A DNA stretch of 64,000 nt, taken from NCBI GenBank assembly GCA_046482545.1, contig JAWOEX010000024.1, positions 51,879-115,878 of the forward strand, in the 5' to 3' direction. Position numbers and translations under genes: made by a program. This DNA comes from Candidatus Thorarchaeota archaeon (GTDB lineage: Archaea > Asgardarchaeota > Thorarchaeia > Thorarchaeales > Thorarchaeaceae). Of the stretch, positions 50,326 to 59,775 are shown piece by piece. Each line of letters begins with the position of its first letter. The stretch's first letter is position 1. The notes below the pieces were generated by a model, which saw only the letters and a list, made by a program, of their open reading frames with translations, made no database searches and was not told the DNA's origin.

Positions 50326-50958
50326 TCAACCCGTGGAAATCGATTTGTCTTCAGCAGAAGAGGTGGTCTCAAGTATAGCTGAATAGTGATAAAACCTGTA
50401 GGCGGCAGTCAAGATTCCTACCAATGTCACCGCAATCAATCCATAGAGAAGCAATCCTAATACCGAAAAAATAACGAGAATCATAAGGCGCTCCGACCGT
50501 GCTCCAAGACCAACATCGAGATCTTTAACGCCGAGTCCTTCCGCTCGAGAGCGGGTGTAGCTTGTCATGAGCCAACTTGCAGTACACAATAGGACCCACA
50601 AAGGAACATACAATGAGAACAGGTCTTTACAAGGATATGCAAGAGCTATTGCAAGCAGAATAATGAACTCCGAAAGCTTGTCGCTGACAGAATCTATGAA
50701 GGCACCTTCAGTTGAGGCTCTGTCTTCTAATCTAGCAACAGCTCCGTCTACCCCATCAAGGAAACCAACAAGGAAAACAAGTATACCATATAACCACTGA
50801 AAACCGTTGAGATTGAGAGAAAGAAACGCTGTAAGGGACACCAAGACCGCGAGATAGGTAATTGCATTGGGCGATACATTCGTACTGGCAAGCGGCCTTG
50901 CTACAGCAAGTATTGGCCTTCTGAACACTTTCCTCAATCGATACTTGCTAGGGGACAT
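50326..50958 (-). CDS. CDP-alcohol phosphatidyltransferase (archaetidylinositol-phosphate synthase-like)
   Basis: SPNAIT, DGVDGAVAR...GAFIDSVSD, SYTRSRAE and R.ER motifs. Confidence 0.9.
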   Translation of the reverse strand: MSPSKYRLRKVFRRPILAVARPLASTNVSPNAITYLAVLVSLTAFLSLNLNGFQWLYGILVFLVGFLDGVDGAVARLEDRASTEGAFIDSVSDKLSEFIILLAIALAYPCKDLFSLYVPLWVLLCTASWLMTSYTRSRAEGLGVKDLDVGLGARSERLMILVIFSVLGLLLYGLIAVTLVGILTAAYRFYHYSAILETTSSAEDKSISTG

Positions 50959-50960
50959 AT

Positions 50961-52019
50961 CTAGTCCTCCGCGTAGAGGATTTCAGACCCATAAACGACC
51001 CCACCTTGTACTTTCATATTTGTGTTTAGTTTTGCCTGGTGAAAGAGGACTGCATTATCTATGATGCACCCTGCCCCAATTCTAGTTCCTTTGCCCACAA
51101 CGACATCCGGGCCAATTTGCGTATTTCCTTGAATATGAGAATTCTTTTGAATCAAGACTGGACCTTCAAGTGACACCCCGCGTTCTATGAATACATCTCC
51201 TGGTAGTGTGAGTGTTTCACCGAATTCCATACTATCGCCCGGAAGTATTAGGATGGCTGTATCATCTGACTCCCGCATATGATGTAAAACATATTGATTT
51301 GCCTGTAGCATATCTTCAACAGTATCGATATCAAACCAGTGTTCTTCTACTTGCAAAGAACCCACCTGTACACCATTATCAATAAGATGGTTCAATGCAT
51401 CTGATAGGTTCCTCATTCCGCTTTTTGACGATTCAATTAACCTCCTGTAAGCATCTTTTGAGATAATCATCAACATTGCAGAACGCGCCTTGAAATCATA
51501 CTCTGTAATAGGCATGCCAAGCCCGGCTACTAGGTCGTCCTTTTTCAGGAATACTTCTGTCCCCTTTTCCACAGAAAGGTCAGTTACCAGCATGATATCT
51601 TCAAGCAATTTTTTGTCTTGGAGGTCTTCTAAGGCTTCAGTAACAAGTTTCCTGTCCATTATTTCGTCTACAGGCCCAACAATTACGCAATCATCTTCAA
51701 CTGTCTTCAAAGCCGTGACCAGCGTAGTTAGTGGCCCGTCTTCATAATTAGGAACAGGCACTATATTGATGTTCAATTCGGAGTGTGTTTTGTGTAGGTG
51801 TTTTCGAAGCAAATCACCTTGCCAACCTATCCCCACAGTGAAAGAAGCAACTCCGGCCTTTTGATAGGTATCAATGAGTATGTCGATTAGTGGTGCGCCG
51901 CCTATCGGAACAAGAGCTTTGGGCAATCTCTGAGTTATAGGTCTTAGTCGTCGTCCTTTTCCTGCAGCAAGTATTAGTGCTCTGATTTGTGAGCCTCCTG
52001 GCATCTTTGTACGCACCAT
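50961..52019 (-). CDS. Sugar-phosphate nucleotidyltransferase with C-terminal LbH domain
   Basis: ALILAAGKGRRLRP...PKAL, WFDIDT and hexapeptide repeats. Confidence 0.88.
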   Translation of the reverse strand: MVRTKMPGGSQIRALILAAGKGRRLRPITQRLPKALVPIGGAPLIDILIDTYQKAGVASFTVGIGWQGDLLRKHLHKTHSELNINIVPVPNYEDGPLTTLVTALKTVEDDCVIVGPVDEIMDRKLVTEALEDLQDKKLLEDIMLVTDLSVEKGTEVFLKKDDLVAGLGMPITEYDFKARSAMLMIISKDAYRRLIESSKSGMRNLSDALNHLIDNGVQVGSLQVEEHWFDIDTVEDMLQANQYVLHHMRESDDTAILILPGDSMEFGETLTLPGDVFIERGVSLEGPVLIQKNSHIQGNTQIGPDVVVGKGTRIGAGCIIDNAVLFHQAKLNTNMKVQGGVVYGSEILYAED

Positions 52020-52195
52020 TCTAAGCTATAACATTCTTGAGATACCTATGAGACTTCTTATAAGACATAGTCTTCATTGAAAATGCGAAACAACTAGGCA
52101 CAGAATCATTCGGATTCATTTGAATTAGAAACATTTTATCACCAAAAAACACAAGCGCCATATATCGATTTGTTACTGTAACGGTAGGGATGTAG

Positions 52196-52882
52196 TTGAC
52201 AGCACGAACCCTGGACTTGTCAGATACAGAAGATATCGATTCGGTCGTAAAGGAAGCAGCATCGATTCTTGAATCAGGCGGATTAGTAGTCTACCCGACC
52301 GACACCAGCTATGGCTTGGCTTGTAATCCAAACAATCAATCTGCCCTCGAAAGACTGATTGAAGTCAAGAGAAGGGATCCTGACTTGGGTGTTCCCCTGC
52401 TCTTTTCGGACTACGAGCAGATTAAGAGCTATCACGATTTTGGTAATCTTGAACACATAATAGCCAAATTCTTCTGGCCAGGAGCGCTCACGCTTGTAGT
52501 AACTGCAAAAAAAGAAATTCCCGAATACGTATCTGGAAAAAGATCCACAATCACTGTTCGTGTTCCGGATCATTCCGTTCCCCAAGGCATTGCAAAAGAG
52601 ATTGGAGGACCAATTGTAGGAACAAGCGCAAACAGAAGCGGAGGAGAGACTCCCTTCGAGGTTTCGGTAGCGCAAGAACAACTTGGTGATGAAGTCGATC
52701 TATATATCGATGGAGGAAAATCGGAGGCTGAGAAGAGCTCAACCATAGTGGGGGTATCAGGCAGTGATATCAAGGTCTATCGCGAAGGCGAGTTGAGTGT
52801 TGAGAGATTAAGCAACAGCCTGAAAGTAGATACAGACGCCTTGAGATATTGGACCGCACGCATCATATACCCCGAAATGTAA
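52196..52882 (+). CDS. sua5: L-threonylcarbamoyladenylate synthase (single-domain TsaC/Sua5)
   Basis: YPTDTSYGL, K.R, WPGALT, RVP, TSANRSG and STIV motifs. Confidence 0.93.
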   Translation: MTARTLDLSDTEDIDSVVKEAASILESGGLVVYPTDTSYGLACNPNNQSALERLIEVKRRDPDLGVPLLFSDYEQIKSYHDFGNLEHIIAKFFWPGALTLVVTAKKEIPEYVSGKRSTITVRVPDHSVPQGIAKEIGGPIVGTSANRSGGETPFEVSVAQEQLGDEVDLYIDGGKSEAEKSSTIVGVSGSDIKVYREGELSVERLSNSLKVDTDALRYWTARIIYPEM

Positions 52883-52898
52883 TTACGCGAGGGATTGT

Positions 52899-53426
52899 TT
52901 GCAAGATTTCAACCTGCTAGTTAGCACACCGCGAAATAGAGAACGAGCAGCAATATCAGAAGTAAGGTATTTTGTTGCCGATTTGCTTGAAGATGACGAA
53001 TTGGAAATAGAACAGACTAACGTTTCGGGTCTCGTCACTTGCAAAACCTCACTTGATCCCTTTGAAGTGGTACATAAGCTGGAAGAATTCGCAGAGCAGA
53101 ATCCATTCCAATTCCGTTTCGCTATCAAGTTCACCCCTCTTGAAATCTGTGTTGAGTCTGACATAGACAAAATGGTTGAAGCGACCGAAAAACTGCGGAA
53201 TAAGATAGACGAGAATGAAACATTCCGCGTTACTGTTAGGAAGCGATACTCTGATTTGGCTCATATGGAAATTGTTGATGAAGTGGCAGAGGTTATTTCC
53301 AATGAAGTCGACCTAGAAGAGCCGGATAAGACGGTATGGCTTGAGGTTATTGGCGATAGAACAGGCATATCTGTCTTGAGTGAAGAACAAGACATCCTTT
53401 CCATTATGCCAATGCGAGATGAATAG
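52899..53426 (+). CDS. THUMP domain protein
   Basis: FNLLVST.R..E, TFRVTVRKR and VDLEEPDK motifs. Confidence 0.88.
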   Translation: MQDFNLLVSTPRNRERAAISEVRYFVADLLEDDELEIEQTNVSGLVTCKTSLDPFEVVHKLEEFAEQNPFQFRFAIKFTPLEICVESDIDKMVEATEKLRNKIDENETFRVTVRKRYSDLAHMEIVDEVAEVISNEVDLEEPDKTVWLEVIGDRTGISVLSEEQDILSIMPMRDE

Positions 53427-53476
53427 GACGTCCGTGTCAAGAAATTTAGTTGGATAATTTAATCGTAATGAACAAT

Positions 53477-54073
53477 CTAAGCTTCAAGTGCAACCATAGA
53501 CACCCTACTCATCACAGATTTCTTGACAGCATCATATCTATGCTCCAGATTGGTCGATGATGTAATTGCATTCAATTCGGTATCAGCGATACTAAAATGC
53601 TCACAGATATGTTGTATTCTGTCCTCACTTACTTGGAAAGGTGGACTTATTCTCCTTCCAACTCTCTGTTGAGCCCGGGCAATAGATTTCTCTACCTGTT
53701 CCTTCAGTTTTCCTATTACTACAAGAGCAACCGATTCCAGTCCGTCAATCGTTCCGATGTCCTCGAGTGCTTTGTCTATTTGCCGCTGAGCAGAAGCATA
53801 CAGAACAACCTCGATATCTAGGTTTCTACTAATCATATACCCTCCTTGCCAAGCGTTGATGGCGTTCTCTGAGGCAGAAAGAAGATGCTCAATTCCAGCG
53901 ATGAAATCAGTTCTCATGAACTGCACGACCAAGAGACCTTCAGCCATCTGAGACGCCAAATCAACAAAACCCTCTTTGGTCAATTTCTGTTCGTTTTGTA
54001 GCTCAGCTATACCAATAAAATATTCCCAATCTCTTGAGCCAAGAGTTTCAATCAATGGACTATTCAACCTCAC
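53477..54073 (-). CDS. cgi121: KEOPS complex subunit Cgi121
   Basis: HL..A...A, ISRNLDIEVVLYASAQRQI..AL motif. Confidence 0.88.
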   Translation of the reverse strand: MRLNSPLIETLGSRDWEYFIGIAELQNEQKLTKEGFVDLASQMAEGLLVVQFMRTDFIAGIEHLLSASENAINAWQGGYMISRNLDIEVVLYASAQRQIDKALEDIGTIDGLESVALVVIGKLKEQVEKSIARAQQRVGRRISPPFQVSEDRIQHICEHFSIADTELNAITSSTNLEHRYDAVKKSVMSRVSMVALEA

Positions 54074-54081
54074 ACTACTGA

Positions 54082-54672
54082 CTAGAGCCTCTTCATGAAG
54101 TAATCAGCTGTAGTTGGCTCGAAACCAACTTCGAACACAAGCTTCTTACGGATTTCTTGCATCGAGAAATGAGGTTCTTCCTGTTTGAACTTTTTTACCA
54201 AGGCGATTATGGATTCACGATGTTCCCACGGATAGACCGTCCAAGCTTCGACTTCACGTATGAAGTAATCCGGTCTCACCTTAGAGCCCGGTTTGAGATG
54301 GAGAACAGCAGACCGTACTTCTTCAACCCCCAGAGCTTCGATATGCTGGATAGCATGTTCTAGAGTGTCACCTGTGTCCGTGACTTCATCGACCAGCAGA
54401 ATTCTCTTGTCTTCAATTGATACCGAGATAGGCTGGGTTATCTTGGGTTCTCGACCTGCAACACCTACATCTGAGTAGTATTCGATGCGCACGTTCCACA
54501 TCGTATTCGCATATAACACATCTGAGAGTATTCGGGCCGGAATCCAACCACCTCTGGCAATACCCACAATGACATCCGGCTTAAAGTCGCTATCTACAAT
54601 ACGCTCAGATAGCTGCAGCGTCAGGTTGTAGACTTCTTCCCAGCTGAGAATAAGATACTCCATTATAGTCAA
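54082..54672 (-). CDS. Type I purine phosphoribosyltransferase
   Basis: GIARGG, ILLVDEVTDTGDTL and W.VYPWE motifs. Confidence 0.9.
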   Translation of the reverse strand: MTIMEYLILSWEEVYNLTLQLSERIVDSDFKPDVIVGIARGGWIPARILSDVLYANTMWNVRIEYYSDVGVAGREPKITQPISVSIEDKRILLVDEVTDTGDTLEHAIQHIEALGVEEVRSAVLHLKPGSKVRPDYFIREVEAWTVYPWEHRESIIALVKKFKQEEPHFSMQEIRKKLVFEVGFEPTTADYFMKRL

Positions 54673-54779
54673 TCCGCCCGCGATAGAATGTTAAGGGAGA
54701 CTGCTAGACGTCTTCCTTTAACAGTATTGGTGAATGGAAAGCGTAACCTACATCTAGGCCCTTTTCTAAGCCTAATTAG

Positions 54780-56051
54780 ATGAGCTGTATGAAACCCGAT
54801 TTGGTATTGACAAATATTGGTCAACTTGCTACTCTGGCGGGAAATAGTAAAGAGCCAAAGACAGGAGGGGATCTCAGAGACCTCTCCATTATCGAAGATG
54901 GTGCGGTAGCCATAAAGGATGGGAAGTTCATTGCGGTAGACACCACAAGGCGGGTGCTCTCAGAGATAGAAAGTGATGAAGTAGACAAGCTTGAATTTCC
55001 TAATATGCTTGCACTGCCGGGTTTCATTGATAGCCATACACACTTAGTGTTTGGAGGATCCCGTGAACACGACTTTGCAATGAAGCTTGCCGGTAAGAGC
55101 TACATGGAGATACTAGAGGCTGGAGGAGGTATTCTAAACACACTAAGAGCCACCCGAAAGGCAAGTTGTGCCACGTTATGTAAGAATGGCTTCAGCTATG
55201 CAAACAATATGTTGGCACATAGCACTACAACATTGGAAGCAAAAAGCGGCTACGGCCTCAATGTCGACGATGAGATGAAGATACTTAGAGCTATCAAAAA
55301 TATCGATGACAGAATGCCGATGGAAATCATTCCTACATTCCTCGGCGCACATGCGATTCCGCCTGAATACAAAGACCGAACTGAGGATTACGTCGATTTA
55401 GTCGTAGATGAGATGATACCAGATGTAGCCAAAAATAATCTTGCGGAGTTCTGTGACGTATTCTGTGAAGAAGGGGTATTCAGTTTGGAGCAATCTCGGC
55501 GGATTCTCAAAGCGGCAAGAGAAGTGGGAATGAAACTGAAAGTCCATGCTGATGAAATCGTCCATCTTGGAGGGGCAGGCTTAGCGGCAGAACTCGATGC
55601 AGTATCAGCAGACCATCTTCTCCAAGCATCTGAATCAGACTTAGAGGCAATGAAGAAAGCGGGAACCATAGCAACTCTTCTCCCAGCTACCGCCTTCAGT
55701 CTTGATACCGAATATGCAGATGCACGAAACATGATCGAGATGGAGCTTCCCATCGCCCTAGCGACGGACTTTAATCCGAACTGTGCAAATGAATCAATGT
55801 TCTTTACAATCGCGCTTGCTTGCTATAAGATGAAAATGCACCCTCGAGAGGCCATATCCGCCGCTACAATAAATGCTGCTCATGCGCTAGATCGGGGAGA
55901 AACCTTGGGAAGCATTGAAGTGGATAAGAAGGCGAACATGATTATTCTCGAATGTCCCAATCCCGAATATCTCTCCTATCGATTTGCTATGAATCTCACG
56001 CATACTGTTCTCGTGAATGGTCAAGTGGTAAATACGAAAATAGGTCCCTGA
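54780..56051 (+). CDS. hutI: Imidazolonepropionase
   Basis: DSHTHLVF, GGGI..T, KSGYGL, FLGAHA, DVFCE, HADE, SADHL and ATDFNP motifs. Confidence 0.95.
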   Translation: MSCMKPDLVLTNIGQLATLAGNSKEPKTGGDLRDLSIIEDGAVAIKDGKFIAVDTTRRVLSEIESDEVDKLEFPNMLALPGFIDSHTHLVFGGSREHDFAMKLAGKSYMEILEAGGGILNTLRATRKASCATLCKNGFSYANNMLAHSTTTLEAKSGYGLNVDDEMKILRAIKNIDDRMPMEIIPTFLGAHAIPPEYKDRTEDYVDLVVDEMIPDVAKNNLAEFCDVFCEEGVFSLEQSRRILKAAREVGMKLKVHADEIVHLGGAGLAAELDAVSADHLLQASESDLEAMKKAGTIATLLPATAFSLDTEYADARNMIEMELPIALATDFNPNCANESMFFTIALACYKMKMHPREAISAATINAAHALDRGETLGSIEVDKKANMIILECPNPEYLSYRFAMNLTHTVLVNGQVVNTKIGP

Positions 56052-56058
56052 ATACTTA

Positions 56059-56538
56059 TCAGCTCGCTAGCTTTTGCCTGTCATCTGCACAGTCAGGAGA
56101 TCGTGCACCTGTCTCTTGGTATTCTCGGAAGTGAGTGAGCCACTTCGGACTTTTCGGTGCTCCCTGCACCCATTCGGCAAATTGAGTCAACTTTTTGACG
56201 GTTTCAGGACGAACTATATGCTCGATTTCGCATGCGTCTTCATCAGCAGTCTCTTCATCAACGCCAATCAGTTTTAAGAACCATCTCAGTGTTTCGTGGA
56301 TGTGTTCAAGCCGCTTTGCGACTTTCATTCCTTCAGGGGTAAGAGTCACACTGCGATATTTCTCATAATTGACCAAGCCGGCATCACCAAGCTTCTGAAG
56401 AACATAAGTAACACTAGGAGCTTTCACATTGCGGGCTTCCGCAATGTCAGTGACTGTGGCAAAGCCATCCTTTTTCTGTAAATCGTATATTGTCTCAAGG
56501 TATTGTTCCATGGTTTTCGTTGATTCATTCTCTGACAA
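56059..56538 (-). CDS. DtxR/MntR family metal-dependent regulator
   Basis: MEQYLETIY, V.APSVT, YEKY...LT.EG and ACEIEH motifs; start TTG 56538 or ATG 56511. Confidence 0.9.
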   Translation of the reverse strand: MSENESTKTMEQYLETIYDLQKKDGFATVTDIAEARNVKAPSVTYVLQKLGDAGLVNYEKYRSVTLTPEGMKVAKRLEHIHETLRWFLKLIGVDEETADEDACEIEHIVRPETVKKLTQFAEWVQGAPKSPKWLTHFREYQETGARSPDCADDRQKLAS

Positions 56539-56644
56539 TACCGAACACAACCAATTGGTGAACGCACTATGTAAACTTGACTTGGGACATTTAGCATGAA
56601 GGGTCCTAGACAAATAAGTCTTCATCCATGGCAGATATAGTACT

Positions 56645-58177
56645 CTACTCCTCTAGAAGGAGACCAGTTTCATTCTCTACAGCAGAGACGATTTGGCCGG
56701 AATCCATAAGGCCCCTGATTTGCTCTATGTCACTGCTAAGTGAGCGATCATCGCGGAGTCGAGTCACAGATTCACGAATCGCCCTGTGTGCAGCTTCCAA
56801 TGGAATAGAGGGCTTGAGAGGTGCAAGCAAATCCAACCCTTGGGCCGCACATAGATATTCAATCGCAATTACGGTCTTTGTATTGTCTAGGATTTCACGT
56901 GCATGTCTAGCTGAAATCATTCCCATGCTAACGTGGTCTTCTTGGCCTGCGCTCGTAGGGATTGAATCAACGCTTGCAGGATGTGACAGTGTTTTGTTTT
57001 CCGAAACAAGAGATGCCGCCGTATATTGAGGAATCATCATACCTGACTGCAGTCCGCTCTTTTCTGTAAGAAAGGGGGCCAGCCCACTGACTTTTGAATC
57101 GGTGAGACGGTAGATGCGCCGTTCAGAGATGTTGGCAATCTCAGAGAGTGCAGTAGAAAGAAAATCCATTGCAAGGGCCACTGGTTGGCCATGGAAGTTC
57201 CCTCCTGAGAGCACATCGTTTTTCTCCGGAAAAATAAGGGGATTATCTGTAGCCGAGTTTATTTCGGTATCCAGAACTTGCTTGACATATCCTATTGCAT
57301 CAAGTGAAGCACCGAGAACTTGAGGGGCACAACGTAGCGAATACGCATCTTGTACTTTCCCACAGTCTGCATGTGATTGGTTGATCTCACTATCTCTGAG
57401 CACCTTCATCAGAGCACGGGCAATCGCAATCTGGCCTTTATGCGGTCGAATTTTATGAATTCGTTCATCAAAGGCAGTTCGCGTTCCGCGCAGGGCTTCA
57501 AGGCTCATTGATCCAGCAATAATTGCGTCCTTAACCAGATTGAGGGTGTCGTGAATGGTAAGAACACCCACCGCAGTCATTGGTTGGGTTCCGTTTATGA
57601 GGGCTACACCTTCCTTCGCCCCAAGTGTAAGGGGCTTAATCCCTGCACGCTGCAGTGCCCTACTGCCCTCCATTAGTTCACCCTCATACTCTGCGGTGCC
57701 TTCTCCAATGAGAACAAGTGCCATATGAGCCAATGGAGTCAGATCTCCGCTAGCTCCAACAGACCCCTTCTGAGGTACTACTGGAACGACGCCCTTGTTA
57801 AGCATAGATAACAGGGCCTCTACTACCTTCACACTCACACCAGAGAACCCCTTTGCTAAAGCATTTGCCCGCAGGAGCATCATAGCCCGGACAACATCGG
57901 TCGGGAAAGGAGATCCAACCCCCGCACTATGACTTCTAAGAAGATTGACTTGTAGATTTTCCAAATCATTTTCGTCAATCGCTACACGCGCAAGGTCCCC
58001 AAAACCAGTATTTACGCCGTAGACGGTCTTGCCCTCTTTTACAGCTTTCTCAACCACATCTCTACTTCGAAGCACTCGTTGCTTTGTATCTTCAGTTAGA
58101 GAAACTTTCTCGCCATCCCTTGCCACTCTTACAACATCAGCAAGAATCAAATTTTCTCCATCTACTTGGATTACCAA
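56645..58177 (-). CDS. hutH: Histidine ammonia-lyase
   Basis: YGVNTGFG, SHSAGVG, MIO-forming ASG (SVGASGDL), QDAYSLRC, GGNFHGQP and QEDHVSMG motifs. Confidence 0.95.
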   Translation of the reverse strand: MVIQVDGENLILADVVRVARDGEKVSLTEDTKQRVLRSRDVVEKAVKEGKTVYGVNTGFGDLARVAIDENDLENLQVNLLRSHSAGVGSPFPTDVVRAMMLLRANALAKGFSGVSVKVVEALLSMLNKGVVPVVPQKGSVGASGDLTPLAHMALVLIGEGTAEYEGELMEGSRALQRAGIKPLTLGAKEGVALINGTQPMTAVGVLTIHDTLNLVKDAIIAGSMSLEALRGTRTAFDERIHKIRPHKGQIAIARALMKVLRDSEINQSHADCGKVQDAYSLRCAPQVLGASLDAIGYVKQVLDTEINSATDNPLIFPEKNDVLSGGNFHGQPVALAMDFLSTALSEIANISERRIYRLTDSKVSGLAPFLTEKSGLQSGMMIPQYTAASLVSENKTLSHPASVDSIPTSAGQEDHVSMGMISARHAREILDNTKTVIAIEYLCAAQGLDLLAPLKPSIPLEAAHRAIRESVTRLRDDRSLSSDIEQIRGLMDSGQIVSAVENETGLLLEE

Positions 58178-58282
58178 GATATTCACAACCTCTGCAGTAT
58201 GAGAATACGTTCTGCCGTACTTATATTGGTTCCAATGGAGCACAAGTTGTCATTCAAAGAACAATCTAAGCTACTTTGTTAG

Positions 58283-59101
58283 TCATCCCTCAGCTATTGA
58301 AGAACGTAGGCGTGAAGACAGGTCAAAATAGTGATTGATGAGCATCGCCGCCGCCAGAACAACCACACCAGCAATCGAGACCACAAAGATTGTGAGATTT
58401 GATGGAGGCGCTGGAAAAGCATGAGTGATGCTTAGTCCAATGAATGCCCATATGCCAACTCCAGTGAATATGTAGTCTCTTCTGAATAAGAGAAAGGCTA
58501 GATACACTACCAGAGCAACTATGGCAAGCGCAATAGTCCACTGCAGCTCGGTGAACGGCAAATTTTCAAATCCTGTGTATACAAGCCCAGTTGTACTGTT
58601 CACCAGAGTAGCGACTGTTACCCAGCCTGCGTACATACTCCAGCTTGAAGTGATAAACAACCGTTCTTTTTTCGTGCGTTCATGAAGGTTGATATCAAGC
58701 CGGAAATAAGCGGCAAGTATTGTAATGAGGTAGATAATCATTGCAGCTACTGAGCCCCAAATCATTCCGGAGGTCCACGTAACAAACCAGACTGTGGCCA
58801 TGACAGAAGAAAGCAGGAAGAAGACACTCACCTGGCGGACGAAGGGCATTTCGATTTCTTTTTTCTCTGGAATCAGATCCCTAGCCTGATAGAAGTAGAA
58901 TAGTCCAAGCAAAAAGAAAATCGGGCCCCAGATGGCGAAGGTTATAGGCGCAGGCGTAAGCAGTTTCGTGAGCGAGTCTTCAACAAACACATCCTCCCAA
59001 TTTCCGGAGCTTCCTCCGAATACTAGTGCTATAGCTCCAGCTATAAAGGGCGCTAGAAGATTCAAAATCTGGAGATATCTTTTCTGTTGCAATCGTTCCA
59101 A
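58283..59101 (-). CDS. TspO-related multi-pass membrane protein
   Basis: TPA..TFAIWGPI and Y.GWVTVA..N motifs. Confidence 0.7.
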   Translation of the reverse strand: MERLQQKRYLQILNLLAPFIAGAIALVFGGSSGNWEDVFVEDSLTKLLTPAPITFAIWGPIFFLLGLFYFYQARDLIPEKKEIEMPFVRQVSVFFLLSSVMATVWFVTWTSGMIWGSVAAMIIYLITILAAYFRLDINLHERTKKERLFITSSWSMYAGWVTVATLVNSTTGLVYTGFENLPFTELQWTIALAIVALVVYLAFLLFRRDYIFTGVGIWAFIGLSITHAFPAPPSNLTIFVVSIAGVVVLAAAMLINHYFDLSSRLRSSIAEG

Positions 59102-59349
59102 GGGCTTAATCCTCCTTTGCTCACTAGATACCTTTCACCATATCATACTTCCGAATGAGTCGAAAAAGTAAACATCGAGCTTCTTGTTTGCTTGACCGTC
59201 AGAACGAAGAGCTTATGTCCCGGTTTTCTTCATGAATTTTGTGAATACGAACACTATTATGAAATGAACGCTCCAGTCACCTACGCTGTACATGTCTGCC
59301 ATGGAGATGTTAGAGTAAGAACCAGTATTCGTAGAATAGAGGAGTTAAG

Positions 59350-59775
59350 ATGAGGCAAGAATTAGATTTTGAGCCGCGTATAGTGGCATTTCTCTGCAAC
59401 TGGTGTAGTTATGCCGGTGCAGATTTGGCTGGTACAAGCCGTGTACAGTATTCGCCAACGGTACATAATATTAGAGTGAACTGTTCAGGTCGGGTAGACC
59501 CGGTTTTCGTGATTCACGCACTCCTGAATGGCGCGGACGGGGTGCTCATTGCCGGGTGTCATCCAGGAGACTGCCACTATAAAGTGGGTAACCTCTACGC
59601 TAGAAGGAGGATGATGATACTCAGGGAGGTTTTGGAAACTGTGGGGATACCCCCGGATAGATTACGGTTGGAATGGGTATCTGCATCAGAAGGTAGCAGA
59701 TTTGGCGAGGTTGTTGATGATTTCGCTGAACGGATTAGAGAGCTTGGGCCTAATCCAGTCAATGGAGGGGCTTAG
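59350..59775 (+). CDS. mvhD: Hydrogenase/Fdh iron-sulfur subunit MvhD
   Basis: CNWCSYAGAD, CSGRVD, GCHPGDCHY and WVSASEG motifs. Confidence 0.95.
   Translation: MRQELDFEPRIVAFLCNWCSYAGADLAGTSRVQYSPTVHNIRVNCSGRVDPVFVIHALLNGADGVLIAGCHPGDCHYKVGNLYARRRMMILREVLETVGIPPDRLRLEWVSASEGSRFGEVVDDFAERIRELGPNPVNGGA

Noticed and set aside
50326-52019. Di-myo-inositol-phosphate pathway (IPCT/DIPPS)
   Set aside because: The nucleotidyltransferase has a C-terminal LbH domain unlike IPCT, and the transferase fits a lipid synthase equally well; the specific call cannot be supported.
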